A stretch of DNA of 64,000 nucleotides. Source: Candidatus Omnitrophota bacterium. Its GTDB lineage: Bacteria > Omnitrophota > Gorgyraeia > 1-14-0-20-64-10. Shown here in pieces: positions 26,678 through 35,047 of the stretch. The notes under the pieces were generated by a model. It saw nothing but the letters and a program-made list of their open reading frames with translations. It ran no database searches and was not told where the DNA came from. Made by a program: the position numbers and the translations under genes. The stretch is taken from NCBI GenBank assembly GCA_023818695.1, contig JAMWCF010000001.1, forward strand, positions 275,306 through 339,305, given 5' to 3'. Position 1 is the stretch's first letter. Every line of letters begins with the position of its first letter.

Positions 26678-27294
26678 AAACAACGTCATCCAAACCCAAA
26701 AGAGCTTCAAACCAAAAGCTGAACCGCCCGTTCCTGGTCGGCAAAAGGATTTACCTTCGCCCCATGGAGATGACCGATCTGGATGGGCCGTACTTCGACT
26801 GGCTCAACGATTACGAGGTGACCCGCTTCCTGGAGACCGGCTCCTTTCCAACCACCACCGCCACACTGCGGCATTACCTGAAGAACATCGCCAAGCATCC
26901 CAACAACGTGATGCTGGCGATCATGGAGAAGAGAACCAATCGCCATGTCGGCAACGTCAAACTGGGAAACATCCACCCCCTTCACCGGAACGCCGACATC
27001 GGGATCATGGTGGGGGACAAGAGGGTCTGGGGCAAGGGGTACGGCTCGGAGGCGATGGAGCTGATGCTGGAGTATGGCTTCAAGCGGCTGAACCTTCACA
27101 AGATCACCCTGGGGGTTTACGCCGACCATGAAGGGGCGGTCAAGGCGTACAAAAAACTGGGGTTCACCGTGGAGGGTGTGCTGAAGGAGCACCTGTTCCG
27201 GGATGGCGGCTTCCGGGACAAAACGGTGATGGGGATCTTAAAGAGCGACTACGAGAGATCGAGGAGAGCCGGGGATGGCAAAAACAACGGCTGA
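26674..27294 (+). CDS. GNAT family N-acetyltransferase (RimJ/RimL-like; PseH-like role possible)
   Basis: IGIMVGDKRVWGKGYGSEAMELMLEYGFKRLNLHKITLGVYADHEGAVKAYKKLGF is an acetyl-CoA binding motif A. Confidence 0.85.
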   Translation: MKTTSSKPKRASNQKLNRPFLVGKRIYLRPMEMTDLDGPYFDWLNDYEVTRFLETGSFPTTTATLRHYLKNIAKHPNNVMLAIMEKRTNRHVGNVKLGNIHPLHRNADIGIMVGDKRVWGKGYGSEAMELMLEYGFKRLNLHKITLGVYADHEGAVKAYKKLGFTVEGVLKEHLFRDGGFRDKTVMGILKSDYERSRRAGDGKNNG

Positions 27295-28636
27295 ACCGCT
27301 CACCATCCAGGAGATCTGCCGAAACCTGATGGAGGAACCGCCGGTCCCGGTGCTGGAGCGCCGGTTGGACCGCTCCATGGAGCTCAAGCGCAGGGCCGAA
27401 AAGCTGATCCCCTCCTGCTCGCAGACCTTCAGCAAGGGGCCGTCCCAGTTCGTGCAGGGGATCGCCCCTGTCTACCTGGAAAGGGGATCCGGCTGCACCG
27501 TCTGGGATGTGGACGGCAACTCTTACCTTGACTACTGCATGGCGCTCGGTGCGGTTCTTCTTGGCTACGGGGATTCCAGGGTGTCCCAGGCGGTGTCGGT
27601 CCAGATGAAGCAGGGAACGGTCTTCACCTTAAGCCACCCTCTGGAGGTGGAGCTGTCGGAAACGCTCCGGCGGCTGATCCCCTGCGCCGAGATGGTCCGG
27701 TTCGGCAAGAACGGCTCCGACGTCACCTCGGCGGCGGTCCGGCTGGCGAGGGGATTCACCGGCAGGGAGATGATCGCCTGCTGCGGCTATCACGGCTGGC
27801 AGGACTGGTACATCGGGGCGACAACCCGCAACAGGGGAGTACCGGAACCGGTAGCCCGGCTGACAAAGACATTCAAATACAACGACCTGGGATCGCTGGA
27901 AGAACTATTCCGTCAGTATCCCGGTAAAATCGCCGCGGTGATCATGGAGCCGGTGGGCCTTGTGGAACCGAAGCCGGGGTTCCTGGAAGGGGTGCAGAAG
28001 CTGGCTCGGAAAAACGAAGCCCTGCTTGTCTTCGACGAGATGGTGACCGGGTTCCGGTTCGGCACGGGGGGCGCGCAGCAATATTTCGGGGTGACGCCGG
28101 ACATGGCCTGCTTCGGCAAGGGGATGGCCAACGGGATGGCGGTCTCGGCGATCGTGGGACGCCGGGATGTGATGGAGCTGTTCGACGAGATCTTCTTTTC
28201 CTTCACCTTCGCCGGAGAGACCGCCTCGCTGGCCGCGGCGCTGGCCACCCTGCAGGCGCTGGAAGAGCCCGGAGTCCTGGAAGGAATCTGGGCCCGGGGC
28301 CGGCAAATCCAGGAAGGGTACAACCTGCTGGCCGAATCATACGGCTTGAAAGGAGAAACCGAGTGCGTCGGCCTTCCCCCCCGGACCGGCATCTCTTTCC
28401 ATCCGGATGAAACGGCGCTGGCGATGAAAACCTTCGTCCAGCAGGAGTGCATCAAGAGGGGATATCTTTTCACAGGCGCCCACAATCTCTGCGCGGCCCA
28501 CAACGAGCAGGCCGTCGAATCGGTCTTGCGAATCTACCGGACGGTCCTGGAACTTTTGGCGGCCCGGATCAGGGACGGGGCCTTGCTCTGCTCCCTCGAA
28601 GGGCCGGTGATTCAGCCGGTCTTCAGAAAGATGTGA
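27275..28636 (+). CDS. Class-III aminotransferase (glutamate-1-semialdehyde aminomutase-like)
   Basis: SQTFSKGPSQF, GSDVTSAAVRLAR, LVFDEMVTGFR, and CFGKGMANGMAVSAIVG (PLP-Lys context). Confidence 0.85.
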   Translation: MAKTTAEPLTIQEICRNLMEEPPVPVLERRLDRSMELKRRAEKLIPSCSQTFSKGPSQFVQGIAPVYLERGSGCTVWDVDGNSYLDYCMALGAVLLGYGDSRVSQAVSVQMKQGTVFTLSHPLEVELSETLRRLIPCAEMVRFGKNGSDVTSAAVRLARGFTGREMIACCGYHGWQDWYIGATTRNRGVPEPVARLTKTFKYNDLGSLEELFRQYPGKIAAVIMEPVGLVEPKPGFLEGVQKLARKNEALLVFDEMVTGFRFGTGGAQQYFGVTPDMACFGKGMANGMAVSAIVGRRDVMELFDEIFFSFTFAGETASLAAALATLQALEEPGVLEGIWARGRQIQEGYNLLAESYGLKGETECVGLPPRTGISFHPDETALAMKTFVQQECIKRGYLFTGAHNLCAAHNEQAVESVLRIYRTVLELLAARIRDGALLCSLEGPVIQPVFRKM

Positions 28637-28638
28637 CG

Positions 28639-29766
28639 ATGACGGACACAACCCCTTTCATCGAGATCAACGGGCGAAAGATTGGGCCCGGTTTTCCGGT
28701 CTACGTGGTGGCCGAGATCTCCTGCAACCACAACGGTTCCTTTGACAGGGCGGTCGAGCTGATCCGGCTGGCAAAGGAGGCCGGTGCCGACGCCGCCAAG
28801 TTCCAGACCTACACCGCCGACACGATCACCATCGACTCGGAAGAGCAATGGTTCCAGATCCGGCATGAGAGTCTCTGGGAAGGCAGGAATCTTTACGACC
28901 TGTACCGGGAGGCCCACACCCCCTGGGAATGGCAGCCGAAGCTGAAGAAGATAGCGCAAGAGACCGGGATCGATTTCTTCTGCTCCCCGTTCGACCCGAC
29001 CGCCGTCGATTTCCTGGAGAAGGAGGTGGGGGTGCCGGCTTACAAGGTGGCCTCCTTTGAGATCGTGGACATCCTCCTGATCCAGAAGATCGCCGCGACA
29101 GGCAAACCGATGATCCTCTCCACCGGCCTGGCCAACTTCCGGGAGATCGCCGAGGCGGTCCAGGCGGCCCGCCAGGCCGGCTGCAGACAAGTCGCCCTCT
29201 TGAAATGCACCAGCAACTACCCGGCGAAGCCGTCCGAGATGAAGATTTCCTCGATACCGCACCTGGCCCGGGCTTTCCACTGCCCGGTCGGGCTGTCGGA
29301 CCACACCCTGGGAAGCGAGGTGGCCCTCGGCGCGGTGGCGCTGGGCGCCTGCATTGTGGAGAAACATCTGACCCTCTCCAGGAAGGAGGGGGGACCGGAC
29401 GCCGGTTTCTCGCTGGAGCCGGGGGAGTTCGCCGACCTGGTGCAGGGGGTCCGGACGGTGGAGCAGGCGATCGGGACCCCGGACTATAAGCTGACGCTGG
29501 AAGAAGAGAAAAATCTGATGTTCCGCCGCTCTTTGTTCGTGGTGGCCAACATGAAGGCGGGTGAAACCTTCACGCCTCAAAATGTCCGCTCGATCCGGCC
29601 GGGGCACGGCCTGGCCCCGAAACATCTTCCACTTGTGCTCGGAAAGAAGGCGGCCCGGAATATCCGCCGCGGCACGCCGCTGGACTGGACGCTGATCGTC
29701 TCCAGCCCCGTAGATGATAAAAATGACGAACCAATCGACCGAAAAAGAGAACTCGACGCTGTTTGA
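28639..29766 (+). CDS. pseI: Pseudaminic acid synthase (PseI, NeuB family with SAF domain)
   Basis: VYVVAEISCNHNGS, AKFQTY, SLWEGRNLYDLYREAHTPWEW (PseI-typical), YKVASFE, LSTGL, LKCTSNYP, GLSDHT, VEKHLTL..GGPD. ATG 28639 lies 2 nt after the upstream stop. Confidence 0.85.
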   Translation: MTDTTPFIEINGRKIGPGFPVYVVAEISCNHNGSFDRAVELIRLAKEAGADAAKFQTYTADTITIDSEEQWFQIRHESLWEGRNLYDLYREAHTPWEWQPKLKKIAQETGIDFFCSPFDPTAVDFLEKEVGVPAYKVASFEIVDILLIQKIAATGKPMILSTGLANFREIAEAVQAARQAGCRQVALLKCTSNYPAKPSEMKISSIPHLARAFHCPVGLSDHTLGSEVALGAVALGACIVEKHLTLSRKEGGPDAGFSLEPGEFADLVQGVRTVEQAIGTPDYKLTLEEEKNLMFRRSLFVVANMKAGETFTPQNVRSIRPGHGLAPKHLPLVLGKKAARNIRRGTPLDWTLIVSSPVDDKNDEPIDRKRELDAV

Positions 29767-30922
29767 GAGCGCTCAAAAGCTTAAGCGGTGCGTCCGCTGT
29801 CTCCTGGCGGAAACGCACGACACCATCCTCTTCGATGCCGAAGGAGTCTGCAACATCTGCCGGAACATCGAGCACAAGAAAGAGGTCATCGACTGGCCGG
29901 CAAAGGAAAAGGAGTTCCGGGAGATCCTCGACCGGTACCGGGGCAAGCACGCTTACGACTGCATCATCCCCTTCAGCGGGGGAAAGGACAGCGCCTACAC
30001 CGCCTACGCCCTGGTCAGAAATTACGGCGTCAAGCCGCTGGTCGTCTGCTTCGACCACGGCTTCATGCGGCCGACCGTCTTGGCCAACACCGAGAAGACG
30101 ATCCGGGCGTTGGGGGTCGACTTCTTGAAGTTTCGGGCCGGCTGGAAGGTGGTCCGGCGGCTCATGGTGGAAAGCTTGAAGCGCAAAGGGGACTTCTGCT
30201 GGCACTGCCACACCGGCATCTTCTCATTCCCCATGCAGATGGCGATCCGGTTCCAGGTGCCTCTGGTGATCTGGGGGCAGCCAAACACCGAATACAACGC
30301 CTATTTCCGAATGGATGAGCCGGAGCTGGTCGATGAAAAGCGGTACAACCGGTACATCAACCTGGGGATCACCGCCGAAGACATGGCCGGGATGCTGGGA
30401 CCGGAGATCGATGCGAGGGACCTGGAGCCGTTCCGCTACCCACCGAAGGAGGAGCTGAAGAAGCTCGGCTACCGTTCCATCTGCATGGGGACCTATATCC
30501 CCTGGGACGTCAAAAAACAGGTGGAGATTATCGAAAAGGAGCTCGGCTGGCAGGAGGACGCGGTAGAGGGGGTCCCCCCGGAATACGGTTACGAGAAGAT
30601 CGAATGTTTCCTGCAGGGGGTCCGGGATTACCTGCGCTTTATCAAGCGGGGGATGGGCCGGACGAACCACCTGGCCTGCATCGACATCCGGGACGGACGC
30701 CTGACGCGGGAAGAGGGAGAGCGCCTGATGCGGGAGTTCGACGGCAAGCGGCCGGCCTCTCTCGACGTCTTCCTGAAGATGGTCGAGATCACCGAAGAGG
30801 AGTTCAATAAGATCGCCCTTGAGCATGCAGTCTATCCCCATCAGCCGGACTTGAGCAGCGTGGAGAAGGGGCAGCCGCTCTGGGACCAACAATTCTGGCT
30901 GATTCCCGGGAAGAAAGAATGA
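29714..30922 (+). CDS. N-acetyl sugar amidotransferase (PP-loop ATPase; WbpG/PseA/WbuX-like), copy 1
   Basis: Zinc-ribbon-like CVRC...CNIC, PP-loop PFSGGKDSAY, and CWHCH. Followed by HisH/HisF homologs, as in known acetamidino-sugar loci. Start may be ATG 29714 or 29723. Confidence 0.85.
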   Translation: MIKMTNQSTEKENSTLFESAQKLKRCVRCLLAETHDTILFDAEGVCNICRNIEHKKEVIDWPAKEKEFREILDRYRGKHAYDCIIPFSGGKDSAYTAYALVRNYGVKPLVVCFDHGFMRPTVLANTEKTIRALGVDFLKFRAGWKVVRRLMVESLKRKGDFCWHCHTGIFSFPMQMAIRFQVPLVIWGQPNTEYNAYFRMDEPELVDEKRYNRYINLGITAEDMAGMLGPEIDARDLEPFRYPPKEELKKLGYRSICMGTYIPWDVKKQVEIIEKELGWQEDAVEGVPPEYGYEKIECFLQGVRDYLRFIKRGMGRTNHLACIDIRDGRLTREEGERLMREFDGKRPASLDVFLKMVEITEEEFNKIALEHAVYPHQPDLSSVEKGQPLWDQQFWLIPGKKE

Positions 30923-32361
30923 AAGTCACGATCATCGACTACGGGATGGGGAACTTGAGTTCGGTAGCGAGGGCCTTCGAATCCCTCAACGCCGAGGTGC
31001 AGGTGACCAACAGCCCCGCCGACATCGAGAGGGCGCAGCGGCTTGTCCTGCCGGGCGTGGGGGCCTTCGGTCAGGGGATGAGGAACCTGGAGCGGCTTGG
31101 CCTGCGACAACCGCTTGAGAAGGCGGTACTCCACGCGAAAACCCCCTTGCTGGGGATCTGTCTGGGCATGCAGCTGATGGCGAAAGAGAGCTGGGAACAG
31201 GGGCGGCACCAGGGACTCGGCTGGGTGCCGGCCGCCGTCAAGCCCTTCCAGGGAAACGGCTCGCTGAAAACAATCCATATCGGCTGGAACGAGGTGGTGC
31301 CGGCAAGGCCGAGCTTCCTCTTCAAGGGTCTGCGGCGCGTCCCTTACTTCTATTTTGTTCACGGCTACCATGTCACCTGCGAGGAACCGGACGCAGTGGC
31401 CGCCACCTCTACGTACGGCGGCCCGTTCCATTCGGCGCTCGCCGCGGGAAACATCGCCGGTGTCCAGTTCCACCCGGAGAAGAGCCAGGAGGCGGGGCTC
31501 GGCCTGCTGAAGAACTTTCTGAACTGGAACCCAGACGCCGATGAAGAGACTCCGATGGATTCCCTGAAACCGAACGGAAAAGGGGCCCCAAACCTGCGGC
31601 TGATCCCAACTCTTCTCTATTACAAAGGCCGGTTGACGAAAACGATCAGGTTCCAGATCCAGAATGAGGGGATCCGAAGGGATGTGGGGCACCCGGTCAA
31701 GGCCCCGATGGTTTACGATGCTCAATTGGCCGACGAGCTGATCTTCCTGGATTTCCGGGCGACGGTTGAAGGGCGGGGGATCGAGGAACTGCGAGGGGCA
31801 GTTGCAGAGATCGCCGGGCGGGCCTTCATGCCGCTGACAGCCGGAGGAGGAATCCGGTCCGTGGAGGATATCCGATCGCTGCTTCTGGCCGGGGCCGACA
31901 AGGTGGCGATCAACAGCGCCGCGGTGGAGCGGCCTGATCTCATCTGGGAAGCGGCCGGGGTCTTCGGGAGCCAGTGCATTGTGGTCTCCATCGACGCCAA
32001 GAGGACGGGGGACCGGTATGAAGTTTTCACGCGTAGCGGGACAACCCCAACAGGTCTGGACCCGGCCGAGTGGGCCAAAAAAGCAGAAGGGCTTGGAGCC
32101 GGGGAAATCCTCCTGACATCCATCGACCGGGACGGCACGATGGCGGGCTATGACCTGGAGCTGATCCGCCGGGTGGCATCGGCCGTCAAGATCCCGGTGA
32201 TCGCTTCCGGCGGCTCCGGCACACTGCGAGACCTGGCCGACGCGGCGATCCAGGGAGAGGCATCAGCGGTGGCAGCCGCCTCGATCTTCCACTTCCGGGA
32301 CGTCAGTCCCATCAAGGCGAAGGCCTTTTTGAAGCGGGTACCGCTTCCAATCAGGGATTGA
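30919..32361 (+). CDS. Fused HisH-HisF-like imidazole-glycerol-phosphate-synthase homolog (glutaminase plus cyclase domains in one 480-aa polypeptide)
   Basis: The N-terminal domain has LPGVGAFG, GICLGMQ (catalytic Cys) and QFHPEKS. A linker of about 25 aa (NWNPDADEETPMDSLKPNGKGAPN) follows. The HisF-like barrel then has LIPTLLYYKGR, GGGIRS, DKVAINSAAV and ASGGSG. The reading frame is uninterrupted. Confidence 0.85.
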   Translation: MKVTIIDYGMGNLSSVARAFESLNAEVQVTNSPADIERAQRLVLPGVGAFGQGMRNLERLGLRQPLEKAVLHAKTPLLGICLGMQLMAKESWEQGRHQGLGWVPAAVKPFQGNGSLKTIHIGWNEVVPARPSFLFKGLRRVPYFYFVHGYHVTCEEPDAVAATSTYGGPFHSALAAGNIAGVQFHPEKSQEAGLGLLKNFLNWNPDADEETPMDSLKPNGKGAPNLRLIPTLLYYKGRLTKTIRFQIQNEGIRRDVGHPVKAPMVYDAQLADELIFLDFRATVEGRGIEELRGAVAEIAGRAFMPLTAGGGIRSVEDIRSLLLAGADKVAINSAAVERPDLIWEAAGVFGSQCIVVSIDAKRTGDRYEVFTRSGTTPTGLDPAEWAKKAEGLGAGEILLTSIDRDGTMAGYDLELIRRVASAVKIPVIASGGSGTLRDLADAAIQGEASAVAAASIFHFRDVSPIKAKAFLKRVPLPIRD

Positions 32362-32365
32362 GCAG

Positions 32366-33025
32366 ATGATCGCGCTGGTGGATTACGGGATGGGGAACTT
32401 GAGGTCGGTGGCCAACGCCTTCGAGGCGATTGGCGAAAAACCGGTGATCACTCATTCCAGGGCGGAGATCGAGTCGGCCGCCGGGATCGTCCTGCCGGGC
32501 GTGGGGGCCTTCGGCGACGGGATGAAGAACCTGCGCCGGCTGGAGCTGATCGAGACACTTAACAGAGAGGTGTTGGAAAAGAAGAAACCGTACCTGGGAA
32601 TCTGTCTCGGCATGCAGTTTCTCACAGATGAGAGCGAAGAACACGGGCTCCACAAGGGGTTCGGCTGGATCAAAGGCCGGATCCGGGAGATCAAACCGGC
32701 AGACAAGCGGTACAAAGTTCCCCATATGGGATGGAACGAGCTGCAAATCCTCAAGGAAGGGGGGCTCTTTCAGGGGCTTCCGGAAGCGCCGGTCTTCTAC
32801 TTCGTCCACAGCTACCATCTCGAGCCGGCGGAACCTGGAGTCATCACAGCGGTCTGCCGCCATGGGGCCGAGGTGACGGCGGCAGTGGAAAAGGAAAATA
32901 TCGTTGGAGTCCAGTTCCACCCGGAGAAAAGCCAGCGGGTGGGACTGCAGCTTCTGAAAAATTTCGTCCGGATGGTCAAAGAGCATGCTGAAAAAACGGC
33001 TGATACCTGTTCTCATCCTGCGTGA
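32366..33025 (+). CDS. HisH-like glutamine amidotransferase subunit (WbuY-like)
   Basis: MIALVDYGMGNLRSV, LPGVGAFG, GICLGMQ, QFHPEKS. Confidence 0.9.
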   Translation: MIALVDYGMGNLRSVANAFEAIGEKPVITHSRAEIESAAGIVLPGVGAFGDGMKNLRRLELIETLNREVLEKKKPYLGICLGMQFLTDESEEHGLHKGFGWIKGRIREIKPADKRYKVPHMGWNELQILKEGGLFQGLPEAPVFYFVHSYHLEPAEPGVITAVCRHGAEVTAAVEKENIVGVQFHPEKSQRVGLQLLKNFVRMVKEHAEKTADTCSHPA

Positions 33026-33737
33026 CGGGCAGGTCGTCCAGAGCATCCAGTTCAGGCACACCAATGTGATCCATTGGAATCCGGTCACCGCGGTGGATTT
33101 TTTCAACAAGTGGGCGGTGGATGAGATCCTCCTGCTGGATGTCAGCCGGACGACGGAAAACCGGCAGAAATTTTACGATGCAGTCCACACGCTCTCGGCG
33201 AAATGTTTCGTCCCTCTGACCGTCGGCGGATGGGTGACCAGCACGGAGGAGATCCGGAAACTCCTGCGGCTCGGGGCGGACAAGGTCTCCGTCAACACGC
33301 AGGCGGTCCGGCACCCCGAGTTCATCTCCGAGGCGGCTCAAATCTTCGGAAGCCAGTGCATTGTGGTGTCGATCGATGTCAAAAAGATCGACGGCGCCCG
33401 CCGGGTGGTGATCGACCGGGGACGGGAAATCACGGAGCTGGCGCCGGTCGAATGGGCGAGGGAAGCCGAAAAGCGGGGGGCGGGGGAGATCTTCCTAACC
33501 TCCATTGACCACGACGGCACCCGCAGCGGCTATGACCTGGAGCTGATGCGCCAGGTCTCACATGCGGTTTCGATCCCGGTGATCGCCTTCGGAGGGGCGT
33601 TCGCCTGGGAACATCTGGCGGAAGGAATTTTGGCAGGCGCTGAAGCGTGCGCCGCCGCCAACGTCTTCCATTTCACGGAGCACAGCACCAAGAAGGCCAA
33701 GGAACACTTGAGAAAGGCAGGGATTGAGGTCCGATGA
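32985..33737 (+). CDS. HisF-like cyclase subunit (WbuZ-like)
   Basis: LIPVLILRDGQVV, VGGWV (GGGI position), DKVSVNTQAV, and IAFGGA with a C-terminal phosphate-binding pattern. Overlaps the HisH-like gene by 41 nt. Confidence 0.9.
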   Translation: MLKKRLIPVLILRDGQVVQSIQFRHTNVIHWNPVTAVDFFNKWAVDEILLLDVSRTTENRQKFYDAVHTLSAKCFVPLTVGGWVTSTEEIRKLLRLGADKVSVNTQAVRHPEFISEAAQIFGSQCIVVSIDVKKIDGARRVVIDRGREITELAPVEWAREAEKRGAGEIFLTSIDHDGTRSGYDLELMRQVSHAVSIPVIAFGGAFAWEHLAEGILAGAEACAAANVFHFTEHSTKKAKEHLRKAGIEVR

Positions 33738-35047
33738 GATATTGCCAGCGGTGTCTTTATCCTGAAAACGCCAAACCGACGATCATCTTCGATGAGCAGG
33801 GAATCTGTAGCGGCTGCCGACACCACGAGTCCCGGGGCCGAATCGACTGGACCGAGCGGGAGAAAAAACTGCGCACACTCCTGACGGAGTACCGGGACAA
33901 GCAAAGGGCCGCCGGGGCCATTTACGACTGCATCGTGCCAGTGAGCGGTGGCAAGGACAGTCACTTCCAGGTCTACCTGATCAAGGAGGTCTACGGGCTC
34001 AACCCCCTGTGCGTTACCTTCAACCACTGCTTCAATACCTCGCTGGGACTGCGCAACCTGAACAACCTGATCAGCCGGTTCGGCGTCGACCTGATCCGGT
34101 TCACCGCCAACCCGGAGTCTGTCCGGAAAATCGCCAGGTACATGGTAAAAAGAGTCGGGGATATCACCTGGCATTACCACGCCGGGATCATGACGGTCCC
34201 GTTCCAGGTGGCGGTGAAATACAAGGTTCCCCTGATCGTCTGGCCGGAGCATTACGGGGAGCTGACCGGCGTCTTCACGCTGGACGACATGGTGGAGTTC
34301 ACCAAGTGGGTGCGGCAGGAGCATGACATGCGTGGCATCGAGCCGGAAGATATCGCCAATGATCCGGCCAGCGGGATCACGATGCGGGACCTGTATCCTT
34401 ACATCTACCCGACCGATGAAGAGCTGGAGGAGGTCGGGGTCCGGGGAATCTACCTGGTCAACTACATCTATTGGGATCCCAAGGCCCAGTCGGAGCTGGT
34501 GCTGGAGAAGTGCGGGTTCCAGCCGCTGGCCCGTAAAAGAGACCGGACTTTTCATCTCTGCGCGAAAACCGACGATCATGCCAACGAGGTGCACGACTAC
34601 ATGAAGTATCTGAAGTTCGGATACGGCCGGGCAACCGATGACGCCTCTACCGAGATCCGCTACGGCCGAATGACCCGGGAAGAGGGGATCGAGGTGGTCC
34701 GGGAGTACGACCATGTCAGGCCGAAATCGCTCGACTATTACTTGAAGTTCCTGGGAATGACGGAATCGGAGTTCGAGGGGGCGCTGGAGCCGATGAGGGA
34801 CAGGAGGATCTGGAAAAAGGGGCCGGACGGCAGGTGGGCGATAACCGATTCGGTGATCAACCACCAGGATGATCCCGGGGTGGAGGCGGCCAGGGTGTCG
34901 CAGTCGAAGGACCGGACATTCTCCAGGGAAAACAGCCGGCTTTATTACAACCCGAAATACCCGCCGGTTCTGCCGGAGATGGCGGCGCCATCCAACGGCA
35001 ACGGACACGGAGCCACCGTGAAAGAAGAAGGATTCGTGATCCAGTGA
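33734..35047 (+). CDS. N-acetyl sugar amidotransferase (PP-loop ATPase; WbpG/PseA/WbuX-like), copy 2
   Basis: CQRC...CSGC, PP-loop PVSGGKDSHF, and WHYH. A divergent paralog of copy 1, colinear but with clearly different sequence. ATGA overlap upstream. Confidence 0.85.
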   Translation: MRYCQRCLYPENAKPTIIFDEQGICSGCRHHESRGRIDWTEREKKLRTLLTEYRDKQRAAGAIYDCIVPVSGGKDSHFQVYLIKEVYGLNPLCVTFNHCFNTSLGLRNLNNLISRFGVDLIRFTANPESVRKIARYMVKRVGDITWHYHAGIMTVPFQVAVKYKVPLIVWPEHYGELTGVFTLDDMVEFTKWVRQEHDMRGIEPEDIANDPASGITMRDLYPYIYPTDEELEEVGVRGIYLVNYIYWDPKAQSELVLEKCGFQPLARKRDRTFHLCAKTDDHANEVHDYMKYLKFGYGRATDDASTEIRYGRMTREEGIEVVREYDHVRPKSLDYYLKFLGMTESEFEGALEPMRDRRIWKKGPDGRWAITDSVINHQDDPGVEAARVSQSKDRTFSRENSRLYYNPKYPPVLPEMAAPSNGNGHGATVKEEGFVIQ

